The notes under the pieces are model-generated. The model ran no database searches and was not told where the DNA came from. It saw only the letters and a program-made list of their open reading frames with translations. The position numbers and the translations under genes were made by a program. From Desulfobacterales bacterium (GTDB taxonomy: Bacteria; Desulfobacterota; Desulfobacteria; Desulfobacterales; UBA2245), in contig JAXGZF010000004.1 in NCBI GenBank assembly GCA_040771865.1, positions 62,001 through 126,000 of the forward strand: a stretch of 64,000 nt of DNA, given 5' to 3'. The stretch's first letter is position 1. Each line of letters begins with the position of its first letter. Positions 7,566 to 17,219 of the stretch are shown piece after piece.

Positions 7566-9335
7566 ATGGCCTCATCCGGATTGGACGACAAGGACCCCAA
7601 GAAAAGCGTGTCCGCAAAAGGCGGTCCCGAAGTCTTGCAACCCTCCATGGACGATAGCGGGAACCCGTATCAATGGGTTTTTGAAAACCTGCAGGATATT
7701 TTTTTTCACACCGACCTTGCCGGAAACATTCTTGCGGCTTCCCCATCGGCCCCGCGACTCATGCAATTTCAAATGGAGGAAATCATCGGCCGGAACATTC
7801 GAACCTTTTCACCCACGCCGAAGATGTTCGATCGGCTTGCAAAAATAGTCCTGGAGAAAGATTTTGTCGTAAGGTTCGAAGTCCAGCTGCGCCGCAAGGA
7901 CGGTTCCCTGTTCTGGGTCGCGATCCATGCCGAAATCCGCAGAAATACGCAAGGAGCTGCGGTCGGCATTGACGGAATTTACCGGGACATCAGCATTCGC
8001 AAAAACTTTGAGGAAGCGTTTCGGCAGACCGAAACCCGATACCGGGCCATATTTGACAACATGCACGACGGTGTTGCCGTCTACCAGGCGCTCGACAATG
8101 GAAATGATTTTGTCATTGTGGATTTCAACGTTGCCGGCGAGCGCATCGACAAGGTTCGGCGCGATCAGATCATCGGGAAAAGCGTTTTGCAGGTGTTTCC
8201 GGGCGTAAAGGAATTCGGCCTGTTTGACACGCTGAAAAGGGTCTGGTCCACGGGAATTCCGGAGGACCGGCCGGCGGCGATTTATCAAGACTATCGCCTG
8301 CGCGGATGGCGTGAAAATTTTGTGTATAAGCTTCCTTCAGGCGAAGTCGTTGCCATTTACAGCGATGTGACCGAACGGATGATCGCCAATCAGGCCTTGC
8401 GAGAGTCCGAAGAACGGTATCGGCTCCTCTTCGACAACCTGGGAGAGGCCATATTTGTCCACGATCCCAGCGGCCGGATTGTCGACGCCAATAAGATCGC
8501 CTGTGAGCGCCTGGATTATCCTCATGCGGAAATCATCAAAATGAGCCTTGCGGACATCGACACCGGCGGGCATTTCCCGCAAATGAGGGAAAAGATGGAA
8601 TCCATCGGTCGATCTGAACATTTATCTTATGAAACCATCCACCAATGCCGGGACCAAAGAATCTTTCCGGTGGAAGTCATCTCCCGCATGGTCGATTTCG
8701 GATCCCGGTCTCTCATCCTGAGCGTTGTTCGAGACATTACCGAAAGAAAGCGCGCCCACGCCGCCATGGAGAAAGCCAACAAGCAGCTCATGCGGTGGGC
8801 CACCATCGACGGCCTGACCCAGATCGCCAACCGCAGGCGCTTTGACGAAAAACTCCTTGAAGAATGGGGCCGCCTCAAGCGAGGGTTTCCCAGAGGCCCC
8901 CTTTCCCTGATCATGTGCGATGTGGATTATTTCAAACGATACAACGACACCTACGGTCACCTGGCCGGGGACGATTGCCTGCGGGCCATCGCCGCCGTGA
9001 TGCGGCAGTCGGTTCGAAGGCCGGCCGATCTTGTGGCCCGATACGGAGGGGAAGAATTCGTGATGATTCTGCCCAATACCAACCTGAACGGCGCTGCCAA
9101 AATTGCCGAATCCATTCGAATCGCCGTCAGAAACCTGAAAATCGAGCATATCAGCTCGACGGTCAACCGGTATGTCACCGTCAGCCTCGGCGTGGCGGAA
9201 GCCTATCCCAGCGATCAATTCAAATCGGAACTGCTGGTGGAAACCGCCGATCAGGCCATGTACGCGGCCAAAAGACGGGGCCGCAACTGCGTTGTTCTCA
9301 AGATCGTCAACCCGATGCCCGACGTGGTGGCCTGA
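7566..9335 (+). CDS. Cytoplasmic PAS-PAS-PAS-GGDEF diguanylate cyclase
   Basis: Three PAS/PAC repeats (ending RDIS, SDVT, RDIT); DGLTQIANRR, DVDYFKRYND; RPAD I-site followed by RYGGEEF. Confidence 0.95.
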   Translation: MASSGLDDKDPKKSVSAKGGPEVLQPSMDDSGNPYQWVFENLQDIFFHTDLAGNILAASPSAPRLMQFQMEEIIGRNIRTFSPTPKMFDRLAKIVLEKDFVVRFEVQLRRKDGSLFWVAIHAEIRRNTQGAAVGIDGIYRDISIRKNFEEAFRQTETRYRAIFDNMHDGVAVYQALDNGNDFVIVDFNVAGERIDKVRRDQIIGKSVLQVFPGVKEFGLFDTLKRVWSTGIPEDRPAAIYQDYRLRGWRENFVYKLPSGEVVAIYSDVTERMIANQALRESEERYRLLFDNLGEAIFVHDPSGRIVDANKIACERLDYPHAEIIKMSLADIDTGGHFPQMREKMESIGRSEHLSYETIHQCRDQRIFPVEVISRMVDFGSRSLILSVVRDITERKRAHAAMEKANKQLMRWATIDGLTQIANRRRFDEKLLEEWGRLKRGFPRGPLSLIMCDVDYFKRYNDTYGHLAGDDCLRAIAAVMRQSVRRPADLVARYGGEEFVMILPNTNLNGAAKIAESIRIAVRNLKIEHISSTVNRYVTVSLGVAEAYPSDQFKSELLVETADQAMYAAKRRGRNCVVLKIVNPMPDVVA

Positions 9336-9347
9336 CCGGCCTGGTTT

Positions 9348-10193
9348 TTAAATTTCCCCCGGCAACGAGAACGACCGGGCCAGATTCAGATAATGCTCGG
9401 CTTCATCGAACTTTCCCCGTTTTGTGCATCCGTTGGCATAAATGTGGCATTTTTTCTTCAGCATGTCGATTGCCGCAAGGCGCTGATCCCGGGACAGTAC
9501 GCCTGTCCGCAGCAGTTTTTCGATGGCCCGGATGCGAAAACGGTCCAGAGAAGGCGCCCGGGAAAGCTGATCCTTGTGTCCGCCTCTTTTGAGAATCAGC
9601 GGAACATCGATCAGATGCACGGGATGCTTGCAGCTGATACGAAGCCACAGGTCGTAATCCTCGCACGCCGGAAGGTTTTCATCAAACAAACCCGCCTCGT
9701 CAAACAGGCTGCGGCGGATCATCACGGCCGAAGGGCTGACCAGACACAGGTCAAGACTGGCTTGAAAGATGTCTCCCGAAGGCTTTTGATGGCGGTTTTT
9801 CGGATTGACCCGGACCTTGTTGCGAATCCAGATCTCCTCAGTCTGGCAGATCAGCGCGTTCGAATGATCCTGAAAAAATTGCACCTGGGCCGAGAGTTTT
9901 CCCGGCAGCCAGAGATCATCCGAATCCAGAAAGGCGATCAGCTCGCCCGTGGTTTGCTCGATGCCGCGGTTTCTCGCCGCGCTCACGCCCCGGTTCGGCT
10001 GAAAATGCACGCGAAGCCTGGGGTCCGCATATGAGCTCAAAATTTCGGCGGTTTTGTCCGTCGATCCGTCATCGACCACGATCAGCTCAAAAGGCGCATA
10101 ATCCTGGCTGAGTACCGAATCCACGGCCTCGGAAAGAATCCATCCCCGGTTGAATGTGGGAATTATTACGGATACAAAAGGGTTATGCTGCAT
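9348..10193 (-). CDS. Glycosyltransferase family 2
   Basis: VSVIIPTFNR, VVDDGSTD, ARNRG, FLDSDD, EDYDLWLR. Confidence 0.93.
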   Translation of the reverse strand: MQHNPFVSVIIPTFNRGWILSEAVDSVLSQDYAPFELIVVDDGSTDKTAEILSSYADPRLRVHFQPNRGVSAARNRGIEQTTGELIAFLDSDDLWLPGKLSAQVQFFQDHSNALICQTEEIWIRNKVRVNPKNRHQKPSGDIFQASLDLCLVSPSAVMIRRSLFDEAGLFDENLPACEDYDLWLRISCKHPVHLIDVPLILKRGGHKDQLSRAPSLDRFRIRAIEKLLRTGVLSRDQRLAAIDMLKKKCHIYANGCTKRGKFDEAEHYLNLARSFSLPGEI

Positions 10194-10304
10194 CGGACTG
10201 ATCTTTGCGCCGCCGGCGAAGGTCGACAAATCCCAATTGGTGCTGTATTGTTTGAACAGACGTACACTTTCAATGTCCCTTCACACAACACAAGGAGATC
10301 TATC

Positions 10305-10544
10305 ATGAAAATAGAGAGAAATAAAAGGCCCAAAGTGATTATTGATCTGAACCTGATCAACACTCTCTCCGAAGGCTGCCCAGCCTGCGGGAAAAAATTT
10401 TCCTTAGGAGACACGGCGGTGCCGGCTGTAGGAAGCTGGGGCGGACCCAAGCTGATCCATGAGAACGAGGCGGTCTTTGACGCAAAAAACCAGTGCTATG
10501 TCGAGCGCCGCCACTTTGAAGCCATGCAGCGCGAGGCAGAATAG
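10305..10544 (+). CDS. Small CxxC-containing hypothetical protein (79 aa)
   Basis: AAGGAG RBS before ATG 10305; GCPACGKKF motif. Confidence 0.75.
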   Translation: MKIERNKRPKVIIDLNLINTLSEGCPACGKKFSLGDTAVPAVGSWGGPKLIHENEAVFDAKNQCYVERRHFEAMQREAE

Positions 10545-10598
10545 TCATTCAACCCGTCCGGACGAGCATGCTGCGGAAAAATTCTGGTTGAATTCAGA

Positions 10599-13500
10599 TC
10601 AGGCCATCTTGCGGATTCGAGACAGCTGGTTTTCCAGGCGTTTGCGCGATACGGGAAAGGGCGTCCTGAGTTCCTGGGCAAAGACGGATACCTTGTATTC
10701 CTCGAGCAGCCAGAAGAAGTTTTCAATTTCCCGGCGTTTTTCAGCGGAGGTTCCCAGCCCGAGCGTTTCGATCAGAACGCCGAGCTGCTGCGCAAAAAAC
10801 TCGACCTCGTTTTGTTTTTCCCGATCCTTTTCAAAGTTGACCTCGGCTCTTCGCGCGCGAATGGCCAAGGCCTTCAGATAGCGTTCGATGTGGTTGAGAC
10901 GCTCTAAGTCGTAGAGTTCCAGAAAGTTTTCCGGAACCAGCCGAGAGAGCTGTGCGCGGAGAATTTCGAAGAAATTTCCGGCTGACGGATTGAACCGGTG
11001 GGTGATTTGCAGACGTTCAATGGTCGAACGGGTTTCGTGATACACCGCGATAAACCTCAGCACCAGATCTGAAAATCTTTTTGCCGTTTCAAGCAGCCTG
11101 AGGCGGGCGGCTTCAACGTGAGCCAGAAACTCTTTTTGAGTTCGGATGTTTATTGCAAAAAGGTCCTGAAGGATGCAGTCCAGAATACGGGCTTGAAATC
11201 TGCGCGGGCCTCCGAAGTCCTCGACGGCGGAGTGCATCTTCCGGTCCAGAATGATATTTTTTCTCAGGTACTTGATATCGCCGGCAAGATGAAGGCCGCA
11301 CAGCGCGGCCACGCCTTTTCGGTGAGCGGCCGAAGCCTGTTCGGGATCGGTCAGAAGCTTCAGGGATATTCCTTCTTCGCCGGCGCACAGGGCCGGATAG
11401 GCCAGCGCCTTGATCCGGCCGTGCTCGGCAGCTGAAACGGATTCGGGCAGATCGGGAAAATTCCATTCGGTGATCCGGCTGCGTTCCCATCGTGCGATCA
11501 GGGATTCGGGAAGGCCTTCTTCCCGGCAGACTCCGGCGGATGCTTTGAGAATGAATGGGTCCCGCGCGGCCAGAACGGATTTTCCGGAAGCATCGGTGAT
11601 GGCGATGCGCATTTTCAGATGCTCGGGAAGATCCTTTTCAGACCAGGCCGACGCCGGAATTTCCACGCCGGAATGCTCGGAAATGAACCGGCTCAAGGCC
11701 GTGGCCAGCGGTACATCCTGCCGGGGCATCTCCCGGAAAATGCGCTCCGCCGTGGCGGCAACCGGCACGAGTTTCCGGCGGTACTCCTTGGCCAGACCTT
11801 TGATCAGAAGCGCAATCTTATCCCTTAACAGACCGGGCACCAGCCAGCCGGTTGCCTGGGGCGGCACGCTGCCGGCAAACGACTGGTTGATCCGGACTGT
11901 CAGTCCGTCCTGCGGCTGGCCGGGTTCGAACCGGTACTCACAGGGGAATACGCGGTTGCCGAGGCAAACCTCTTTGGGATAAAGCAAAAGTTCATTCTCA
12001 TCCGGTTCACGACGAAAAAGGTCTTCGACGCCGAGACGCAGAGACCCGTCTCCCCCCCTTGCCTTGATGACTTTTTTCAGGCCGAAAATGTCGTAAACCC
12101 CATCGAGCCGTTTCCGGTAGAACTCAAACAGATCGTCGTCACTGATCAGAAGGTCCCGCCGCCGAATCCGGTCTTCCAGTTCGACCACCTCGTCGATGCG
12201 TTTGCGGTTGTATTCCATGAATGGAAGTGGGGCTTTCAGGTCGCCCTGAACCAGGGCGCTTCGAATGAATATGTCGCAGGCTTCATCCGGGTTGATCCGT
12301 CCGTAGGGCACCGGCCTTTGATCAATAATCAGTCCGTAAAGGCTGACCTGTTCCGTGGCCGTTACCTCCTGGCGGTTTCGCTCCCATCGGGGGTTCAGAC
12401 AGACATACCGGCACTGGTTTCCGCCGATTTCTTCGAGCCAGCGGCTGTCGATCGCCGCATTGGTGCGGGCAAAAAGCCTGGAGGTCTCAACGAGTTCCGC
12501 AGCCACGATCCAAGCGCTGCCGGCGCTGAAAATCCCCGATCCGGGGAAAAGCATGACCTGTTTTCCCTTTGCCCCCTGATACAGGTATTTTTCCTTTTTC
12601 TGGGCGATATTGGATAGAAAGCCGGAGAGAATGGATTTATGAATCGCCGTGTAAAGCGCGCCAAAAGGGCCGGTCTTCGGCGCTTCCGGCAGGGCCGCTT
12701 CCGGAAGAAGCCCGTATTCTTGGGCCATGGACAGAATCTGGCCGTGAATGTCCCGCCACTCGCGCATGCGTTTGAAGGAGAGATAGCGTTCCTTACAGAA
12801 TTTTTTCATTCTGGATGCGCCGAATGATTCTCCGACAGCTTCATGGAATTGATTCCAGATGTTCAGCAGGCCGATGAAATCCGAAAGCGGGTCCCTGAAA
12901 GCCGCGTGCGCCCGGTCGGCCGCATCGGTCCGTTCCGCCGGACGCTCCCTGGGATCCTGAATGCTCAGGGCCGAGGCGATGACTGCGGCCTCCTTGAGAC
13001 ATCCGAGCCGGGAGGCCTCGATCAGCATCCGCGACAACCGGGGATCCAGAGGAATTCCGGCCATCTTTTGACCGGTTTCGGTCAGCTGCCAGGAACCGGA
13101 TTTCCGTTTGCCGGCTCCGGCCTTCATTTCAATGGCGTCGAGCTCCTGAAGCAGGTCGAATCCGTCCTTGATGCTGTGGGCCGCCGGCGGATCGATGAAT
13201 GGAAAATGTTCGATTTCGCCGAGATTCAGGCCGATCATTCTCAGAATGACCTCGGCCAGGTTGGAACGGAGAATTTCGGGAGGCGTGAAAAGCGGTCTGG
13301 ATTCATAGGATGTCTTGGAAAACAGCCGGACGCAGATTCCGTTTTCCACCCGTCCGCACCGGCCCATTCTCTGGTCCGCGCTGCTTTTCGAGACCGGCGC
13401 AACCGGAAGGGCCGTTGTCCGGGATCTGGGGTTGTACTGGGAAATTCTGGCCAGTCCGGTGTCCACCACATATCGGATGCCCGGAATCGTGAGGGAGGTT

Positions 13501-14585
13501 TCCGCCACGTTGGTGGAAACGATGATTTTGCGCCCGGCCGGCCGTGAAAAAACCCGGGCCTGTTCGGATGCCGAAAGCCTGGCAAACAAAGGAAGGATGC
13601 TGACCTGGGAATATTTCCTTCCTTCCAGAATCTCGCAGGTTTCCCGAATGTCCTGTTCGGTGGGCATGAAGATCAGGATGTCTCCAAACCGGGATTCTCT
13701 TTGAATTTCATCCACTGCTGCGGCGGCGCGCTCGGCCAGGGTGAATTCATCGTTGTCTTCATCCGGATCGTCTTGGGCGTACCGAACCTCCACCGGGTAC
13801 ATGCGTCCTGAGACCTCGATGATCGGGGCGTTGCCAAAGGCGCGGGAGAACTTTTCCGTGTCGATGGTCGCCGAGGTGATGATCAGCTTTAGATCTTTTC
13901 GTTTTTCAAGCAGGGTCTTGAGAAGCCCCAGAATGAAATCGATGTTCAGGCTGCGCTCGTGGGCCTCGTCGACGATCAGCGTGTCGTAGTCGCTCAGCCA
14001 GGGATCGCCCTGGGCTTCCGCCAGCAGGATGCCGTCGGTCATCAGCTTGATGAAACCGTTTGGACTGGTTTTGTCCTGAAATCGGATCTTGTAGCCCACG
14101 CCTTTTCCAATGGGCTCGGCAAGTTCTTCGGCGATCCGGTTGGCAACGGATATCGTGGCGATGCGCCGGGGCTGTGTGCAGCCGATTTTTCCGTCGATTC
14201 CCTGGCCCGCGGCCAGGCAGAATTTGGGAATCTGGGTGGTTTTGCCCGAACCGGTTTCACCGGAGATGATCACCACCGGATACTTTCGAATGGCGTCGAT
14301 GATTTCGGCTTTTTTGACGGTAATCGGAAGATCCTGGTCCGAAAAGCCGGGCCGGTTGGCTTTGCGCCGGTCTTTTTTCCGCGCCGATGCGGTCAGCCGT
14401 CTTTCAAGAATGGAAAGGCGCCGGGCGATATTCTCATCGGAAATCTGCCGACCGGTGCGCCTGATCCTGGACAGCTCAGCCGCCGCCACATGGCGGTCCC
14501 TTGCCAATGCCTTTGGCAGCAATTTTTGAATTGTTCGGATCGAGTTCTGGGTCAAGAAAGGCCTTTCGTCTAAATTGGATGGCAT
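10599..14585 (-). CDS. hrpA: ATP-dependent DEAH-box RNA helicase HrpA
   Basis: GETGSGKTTQ, DEAHERS, SAT, STNVAETSLT, QRMGRCGR; C-terminal EEYKVSVFAQEL; 1328 aa. Confidence 0.96.
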   Translation of the reverse strand: MPSNLDERPFLTQNSIRTIQKLLPKALARDRHVAAAELSRIRRTGRQISDENIARRLSILERRLTASARKKDRRKANRPGFSDQDLPITVKKAEIIDAIRKYPVVIISGETGSGKTTQIPKFCLAAGQGIDGKIGCTQPRRIATISVANRIAEELAEPIGKGVGYKIRFQDKTSPNGFIKLMTDGILLAEAQGDPWLSDYDTLIVDEAHERSLNIDFILGLLKTLLEKRKDLKLIITSATIDTEKFSRAFGNAPIIEVSGRMYPVEVRYAQDDPDEDNDEFTLAERAAAAVDEIQRESRFGDILIFMPTEQDIRETCEILEGRKYSQVSILPLFARLSASEQARVFSRPAGRKIIVSTNVAETSLTIPGIRYVVDTGLARISQYNPRSRTTALPVAPVSKSSADQRMGRCGRVENGICVRLFSKTSYESRPLFTPPEILRSNLAEVILRMIGLNLGEIEHFPFIDPPAAHSIKDGFDLLQELDAIEMKAGAGKRKSGSWQLTETGQKMAGIPLDPRLSRMLIEASRLGCLKEAAVIASALSIQDPRERPAERTDAADRAHAAFRDPLSDFIGLLNIWNQFHEAVGESFGASRMKKFCKERYLSFKRMREWRDIHGQILSMAQEYGLLPEAALPEAPKTGPFGALYTAIHKSILSGFLSNIAQKKEKYLYQGAKGKQVMLFPGSGIFSAGSAWIVAAELVETSRLFARTNAAIDSRWLEEIGGNQCRYVCLNPRWERNRQEVTATEQVSLYGLIIDQRPVPYGRINPDEACDIFIRSALVQGDLKAPLPFMEYNRKRIDEVVELEDRIRRRDLLISDDDLFEFYRKRLDGVYDIFGLKKVIKARGGDGSLRLGVEDLFRREPDENELLLYPKEVCLGNRVFPCEYRFEPGQPQDGLTVRINQSFAGSVPPQATGWLVPGLLRDKIALLIKGLAKEYRRKLVPVAATAERIFREMPRQDVPLATALSRFISEHSGVEIPASAWSEKDLPEHLKMRIAITDASGKSVLAARDPFILKASAGVCREEGLPESLIARWERSRITEWNFPDLPESVSAAEHGRIKALAYPALCAGEEGISLKLLTDPEQASAAHRKGVAALCGLHLAGDIKYLRKNIILDRKMHSAVEDFGGPRRFQARILDCILQDLFAINIRTQKEFLAHVEAARLRLLETAKRFSDLVLRFIAVYHETRSTIERLQITHRFNPSAGNFFEILRAQLSRLVPENFLELYDLERLNHIERYLKALAIRARRAEVNFEKDREKQNEVEFFAQQLGVLIETLGLGTSAEKRREIENFFWLLEEYKVSVFAQELRTPFPVSRKRLENQLSRIRKMA

Positions 14586-14725
14586 GATTCATAAAGGGAT
14601 TTGCACAAAGTTTCAAGCCCCCGAATCTGAATGTTTCAATCTTGCCGCGACAGGTTCCGTGCGTTGAATGCATTGAACATTCAGGCAAATAAGGGCTTTG
14701 AAAATACTGAAAAATATTTTTGAAA

Positions 14726-15268
14726 TCAGGTCGGATTAAGCCGTTGATTTTTTGACCACTTTCTGATTTCAAGTGCTTCCTTTTCCGGAATTCCCAGCGA
14801 AAGCAGAAACTCATGGTGGGCCTGGGGGGCGCGTTTTTCAAACTCCGCATGCCAGCTGGCCATGGACCGCTCGTCCATGCCGGCGGATCGCATCATTCCA
14901 ATCCACATGGCCACGTCAACGACGGCTGGAATCTCCTGCGAGGTCAGCATCTTGAACATGTCGAGCAGATGCCGCCGCTTGGCGTGCAATTCCTGAATTT
15001 CGCGGCCGATGGCTTGCAACCGTTGCTTGAGGACCGAGGCACCGGGTTTTTGTTCCTGCTGCAGGGCCCGTATGTCTTCAAGGGTCAGCCCGGCCTGCCG
15101 ATAGGCGCAGATCTGCTCAAGGCATTCGCGGTCGTTCTCGCTGTAACAGCGGTATCCGGCGCCGGTCCTGCCGGTTGGAGGCAGCAGGCCGATGCGGTCG
15201 TAATACAGAAGCGCGCTTCGAGACAATCCGAAAATGCGGGCGAGTTTTGAAATGGTATAGGTTGGCAT
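14726..15268 (-). CDS. MerR-family transcriptional regulator
   Basis: YTISKLARIFGLSRSALLYYDRIGLL...GYRCY HTH, coiled coil, His/Glu-containing C-domain; probable ATG at 15268. Confidence 0.93.
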   Translation of the reverse strand: MPTYTISKLARIFGLSRSALLYYDRIGLLPPTGRTGAGYRCYSENDRECLEQICAYRQAGLTLEDIRALQQEQKPGASVLKQRLQAIGREIQELHAKRRHLLDMFKMLTSQEIPAVVDVAMWIGMMRSAGMDERSMASWHAEFEKRAPQAHHEFLLSLGIPEKEALEIRKWSKNQRLNPT

Positions 15269-15318
15269 GTTGATAAACCGGGTCGGATTGCAGCCGAAGC
15301 CGCAATCCGATTGCGTTT

Positions 15319-15501
15319 TTACCGGCTTTGGGTTCTGATTTCCTCGATTTTCTGAGCCGGCAGGCCCAGCCATTCAAGAAATTCCTGATGTCCCTGGGGA
15401 TGGCGGATTTCAAAAAGCCTGTGCCATTGATGCATTTGCGCTTCATTCAGCCCCAGCTCCCGGAACATCTCGATCCAGTCTTTTTCCTTTACCCTTGGCA
15501 T
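15319..15501 (-). CDS. 60-aa stand-alone paralog of the C-terminal domain of the adjacent MerR regulator
   Basis: AGGAGGAG RBS 6 nt before ATG 15501; ungapped alignment to the MerR C-terminus gives 25/51 identities by hand count. Confidence 0.85.
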   Translation of the reverse strand: MPRVKEKDWIEMFRELGLNEAQMHQWHRLFEIRHPQGHQEFLEWLGLPAQKIEEIRTQSR

Positions 15502-15552
15502 TTCATACTCCTCCTTACAGGTTTGATTCACATCACGGCCATGATGAAGCGC

Positions 15553-15583
15553 ACGGTAAAGTATGAACCCATGGTCGGGTCAA
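15553..15583 (-). promoter_or_regulatory. MerR-type promoter with a 19-bp spacer and dyad
   Basis: Minus strand TTGACC-N19-TACCGT, with an imperfect dyad (ACCC-N6-GGGT) spanning the -35 element and spacer. Confidence 0.75.
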
Positions 15584-15611
15584 GGTTTTTTTGAAGAACG
15601 ACCTTCCGGTT

Positions 15612-16040
15612 TTATTTTTCCCGGGGAACAAACCACTCGTTTTTCCGATACACCAGGTTCTGGGTCTTTGCCACCAGCTCCCCGGTGTTTGCGTCCTTGA
15701 CCGTGATATCATAAACGGCCGTGCGCTTGCCGGCGAATACCTCTGTTGCTTCCGCCACCAGCTGGTCCCCGGATCGGGCGGCTTTCAGGAAATTGATGCC
15801 CACATTCAGGGCAACAGCCGTCTGCCCGTGGGAGTTGCTCGCCGCCGCAAAGGCGATGTCGCTGATGGAAAAGATGACCCCGCCATGGGCCGTGTTGTGA
15901 AAATTGGTCATCTCGTCGGTGATGGTGAGAAACACGCGGCTGCTGCCGGGCGCCGGAATTTCAACGCGGGCGCCGAGGCGCGCGGCAAAGGGATCTTTCT
16001 GAATGTGTTCATTGATTTTCCGGCGGATCTCGTCGTTCAT
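15612..16040 (-). CDS. PaaI-family acyl-CoA thioesterase
   Basis: NFHNTAHGGVIFSISDIAFAAASNS, INFLKAA, YDITV; GGAGG RBS before ATG 16040. Confidence 0.9.
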   Translation of the reverse strand: MNDEIRRKINEHIQKDPFAARLGARVEIPAPGSSRVFLTITDEMTNFHNTAHGGVIFSISDIAFAAASNSHGQTAVALNVGINFLKAARSGDQLVAEATEVFAGKRTAVYDITVKDANTGELVAKTQNLVYRKNEWFVPREK

Positions 16041-16211
16041 ACAGACCTCCATGCTTGGGGTGAATTCGTTGCGTCGAATCCGGATTTTCTCTTTTCTTTT
16101 ATACGGCAATCCGGCATCATGATACAGTAGTCAGATTTTTTTATTCTTCAGGATTTTACATATGTTTTCAATCCGTTTTTTTCATTTAAACGGTTTTCGG
16201 AGCCAGTTTTC

Positions 16212-17219
16212 ATGAGCGTCATTTCTTCGGCCAAATGGGCGGCGGCGATTCCGCTGCTGGCATGTCTTGCTCAGAGCCTCGGATGCGGGCCCTTTCCCAA
16301 AACCCTGGCCATTCAAGACATCGAGGGCCATTTTCCGCAAAATACGATTGTCTCGGCTCAGGCCGGAAGCGGGGTGCCCTTTGACCGCATGATAGCGGAT
16401 CTTGCCCTGGCCCGGATCATTTATATCGGGGAAAAGCACACCCGCCGCACCCATCATGAGATTCAGCTCAGGGTGATTCAAGCCCTTTACGCGCTTTTTC
16501 CGGATCTGGTCGTGGGCATGGAAATGTTTGACCGCTCCTATCAGGAGGTTCTGGATCAGTGGTCTTCAGGCCGGCTGGACGAGGAGACCTTCCTGAAGAA
16601 GACCCACTGGCGCGCAAACTGGAAATACGATTTCGGACTGTACCGGGAGATTCTGGAATATATTCGGGACAACCGTATTCCTCTCAAGGCCCTGAATATT
16701 CCCTTTCACATTCCGCCCAAGATCGCCGTCAGCGGTCTGGAATACCTCAACTCCGACGATAGGAAGTATCTGCCCGAGCAGATCGATGCATCCGATGCCG
16801 AACACCGGAAATTCGTGGAGGAGATTTTCAAACGGCACGCCGGGGGCGATTTTGAGGATTTTTACATGGCCCAGTGCATCTGGGAAGAGGCGATGGCCGA
16901 GGCCGTTGCGCGGGCCGTTGACGGCCGCACGATGGCGGTTCTGGTCGGAAACGGCCACATTATAAAGAAATTCGGCGTTCCGAACCGGGCCTTTCGGCGC
17001 AACGGTCTGCCGTATCGAACCGTTTATCCCGTACAGGCGGATGACAGAGACGTCGAGCGTTCGTTTGCCGATTATCTGTGGATCGCCGAAAGGGACTCCA
17101 GACCTTTTCACATGGTCCCGGCGATCTCCAAACCGGCGGTTGCATCAGGGTCCGTTGAACGGGTTGAACCATCAGAAAACCAGTCCTCGAATCAGCTGCA
17201 TTTGGAAAATCCGCAGTGA
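16212..17219 (+). CDS. ChaN-family (haem-uptake/Tiki-like) lipoprotein
   Basis: Lipobox SLGC; IYIGEKH...HHEIQL, GMEMF, AQCIWEEAMA, VGNGH. Confidence 0.85.
   Translation: MSVISSAKWAAAIPLLACLAQSLGCGPFPKTLAIQDIEGHFPQNTIVSAQAGSGVPFDRMIADLALARIIYIGEKHTRRTHHEIQLRVIQALYALFPDLVVGMEMFDRSYQEVLDQWSSGRLDEETFLKKTHWRANWKYDFGLYREILEYIRDNRIPLKALNIPFHIPPKIAVSGLEYLNSDDRKYLPEQIDASDAEHRKFVEEIFKRHAGGDFEDFYMAQCIWEEAMAEAVARAVDGRTMAVLVGNGHIIKKFGVPNRAFRRNGLPYRTVYPVQADDRDVERSFADYLWIAERDSRPFHMVPAISKPAVASGSVERVEPSENQSSNQLHLENPQ

Noticed and set aside
17192..17219. Convergent 3' overlaps (ChaN/nrdJ 28 bp; gap-like/rsmA sharing TTATAA at 47334-47339)
   Set aside because: Short convergent overlaps are common in compact genomes.
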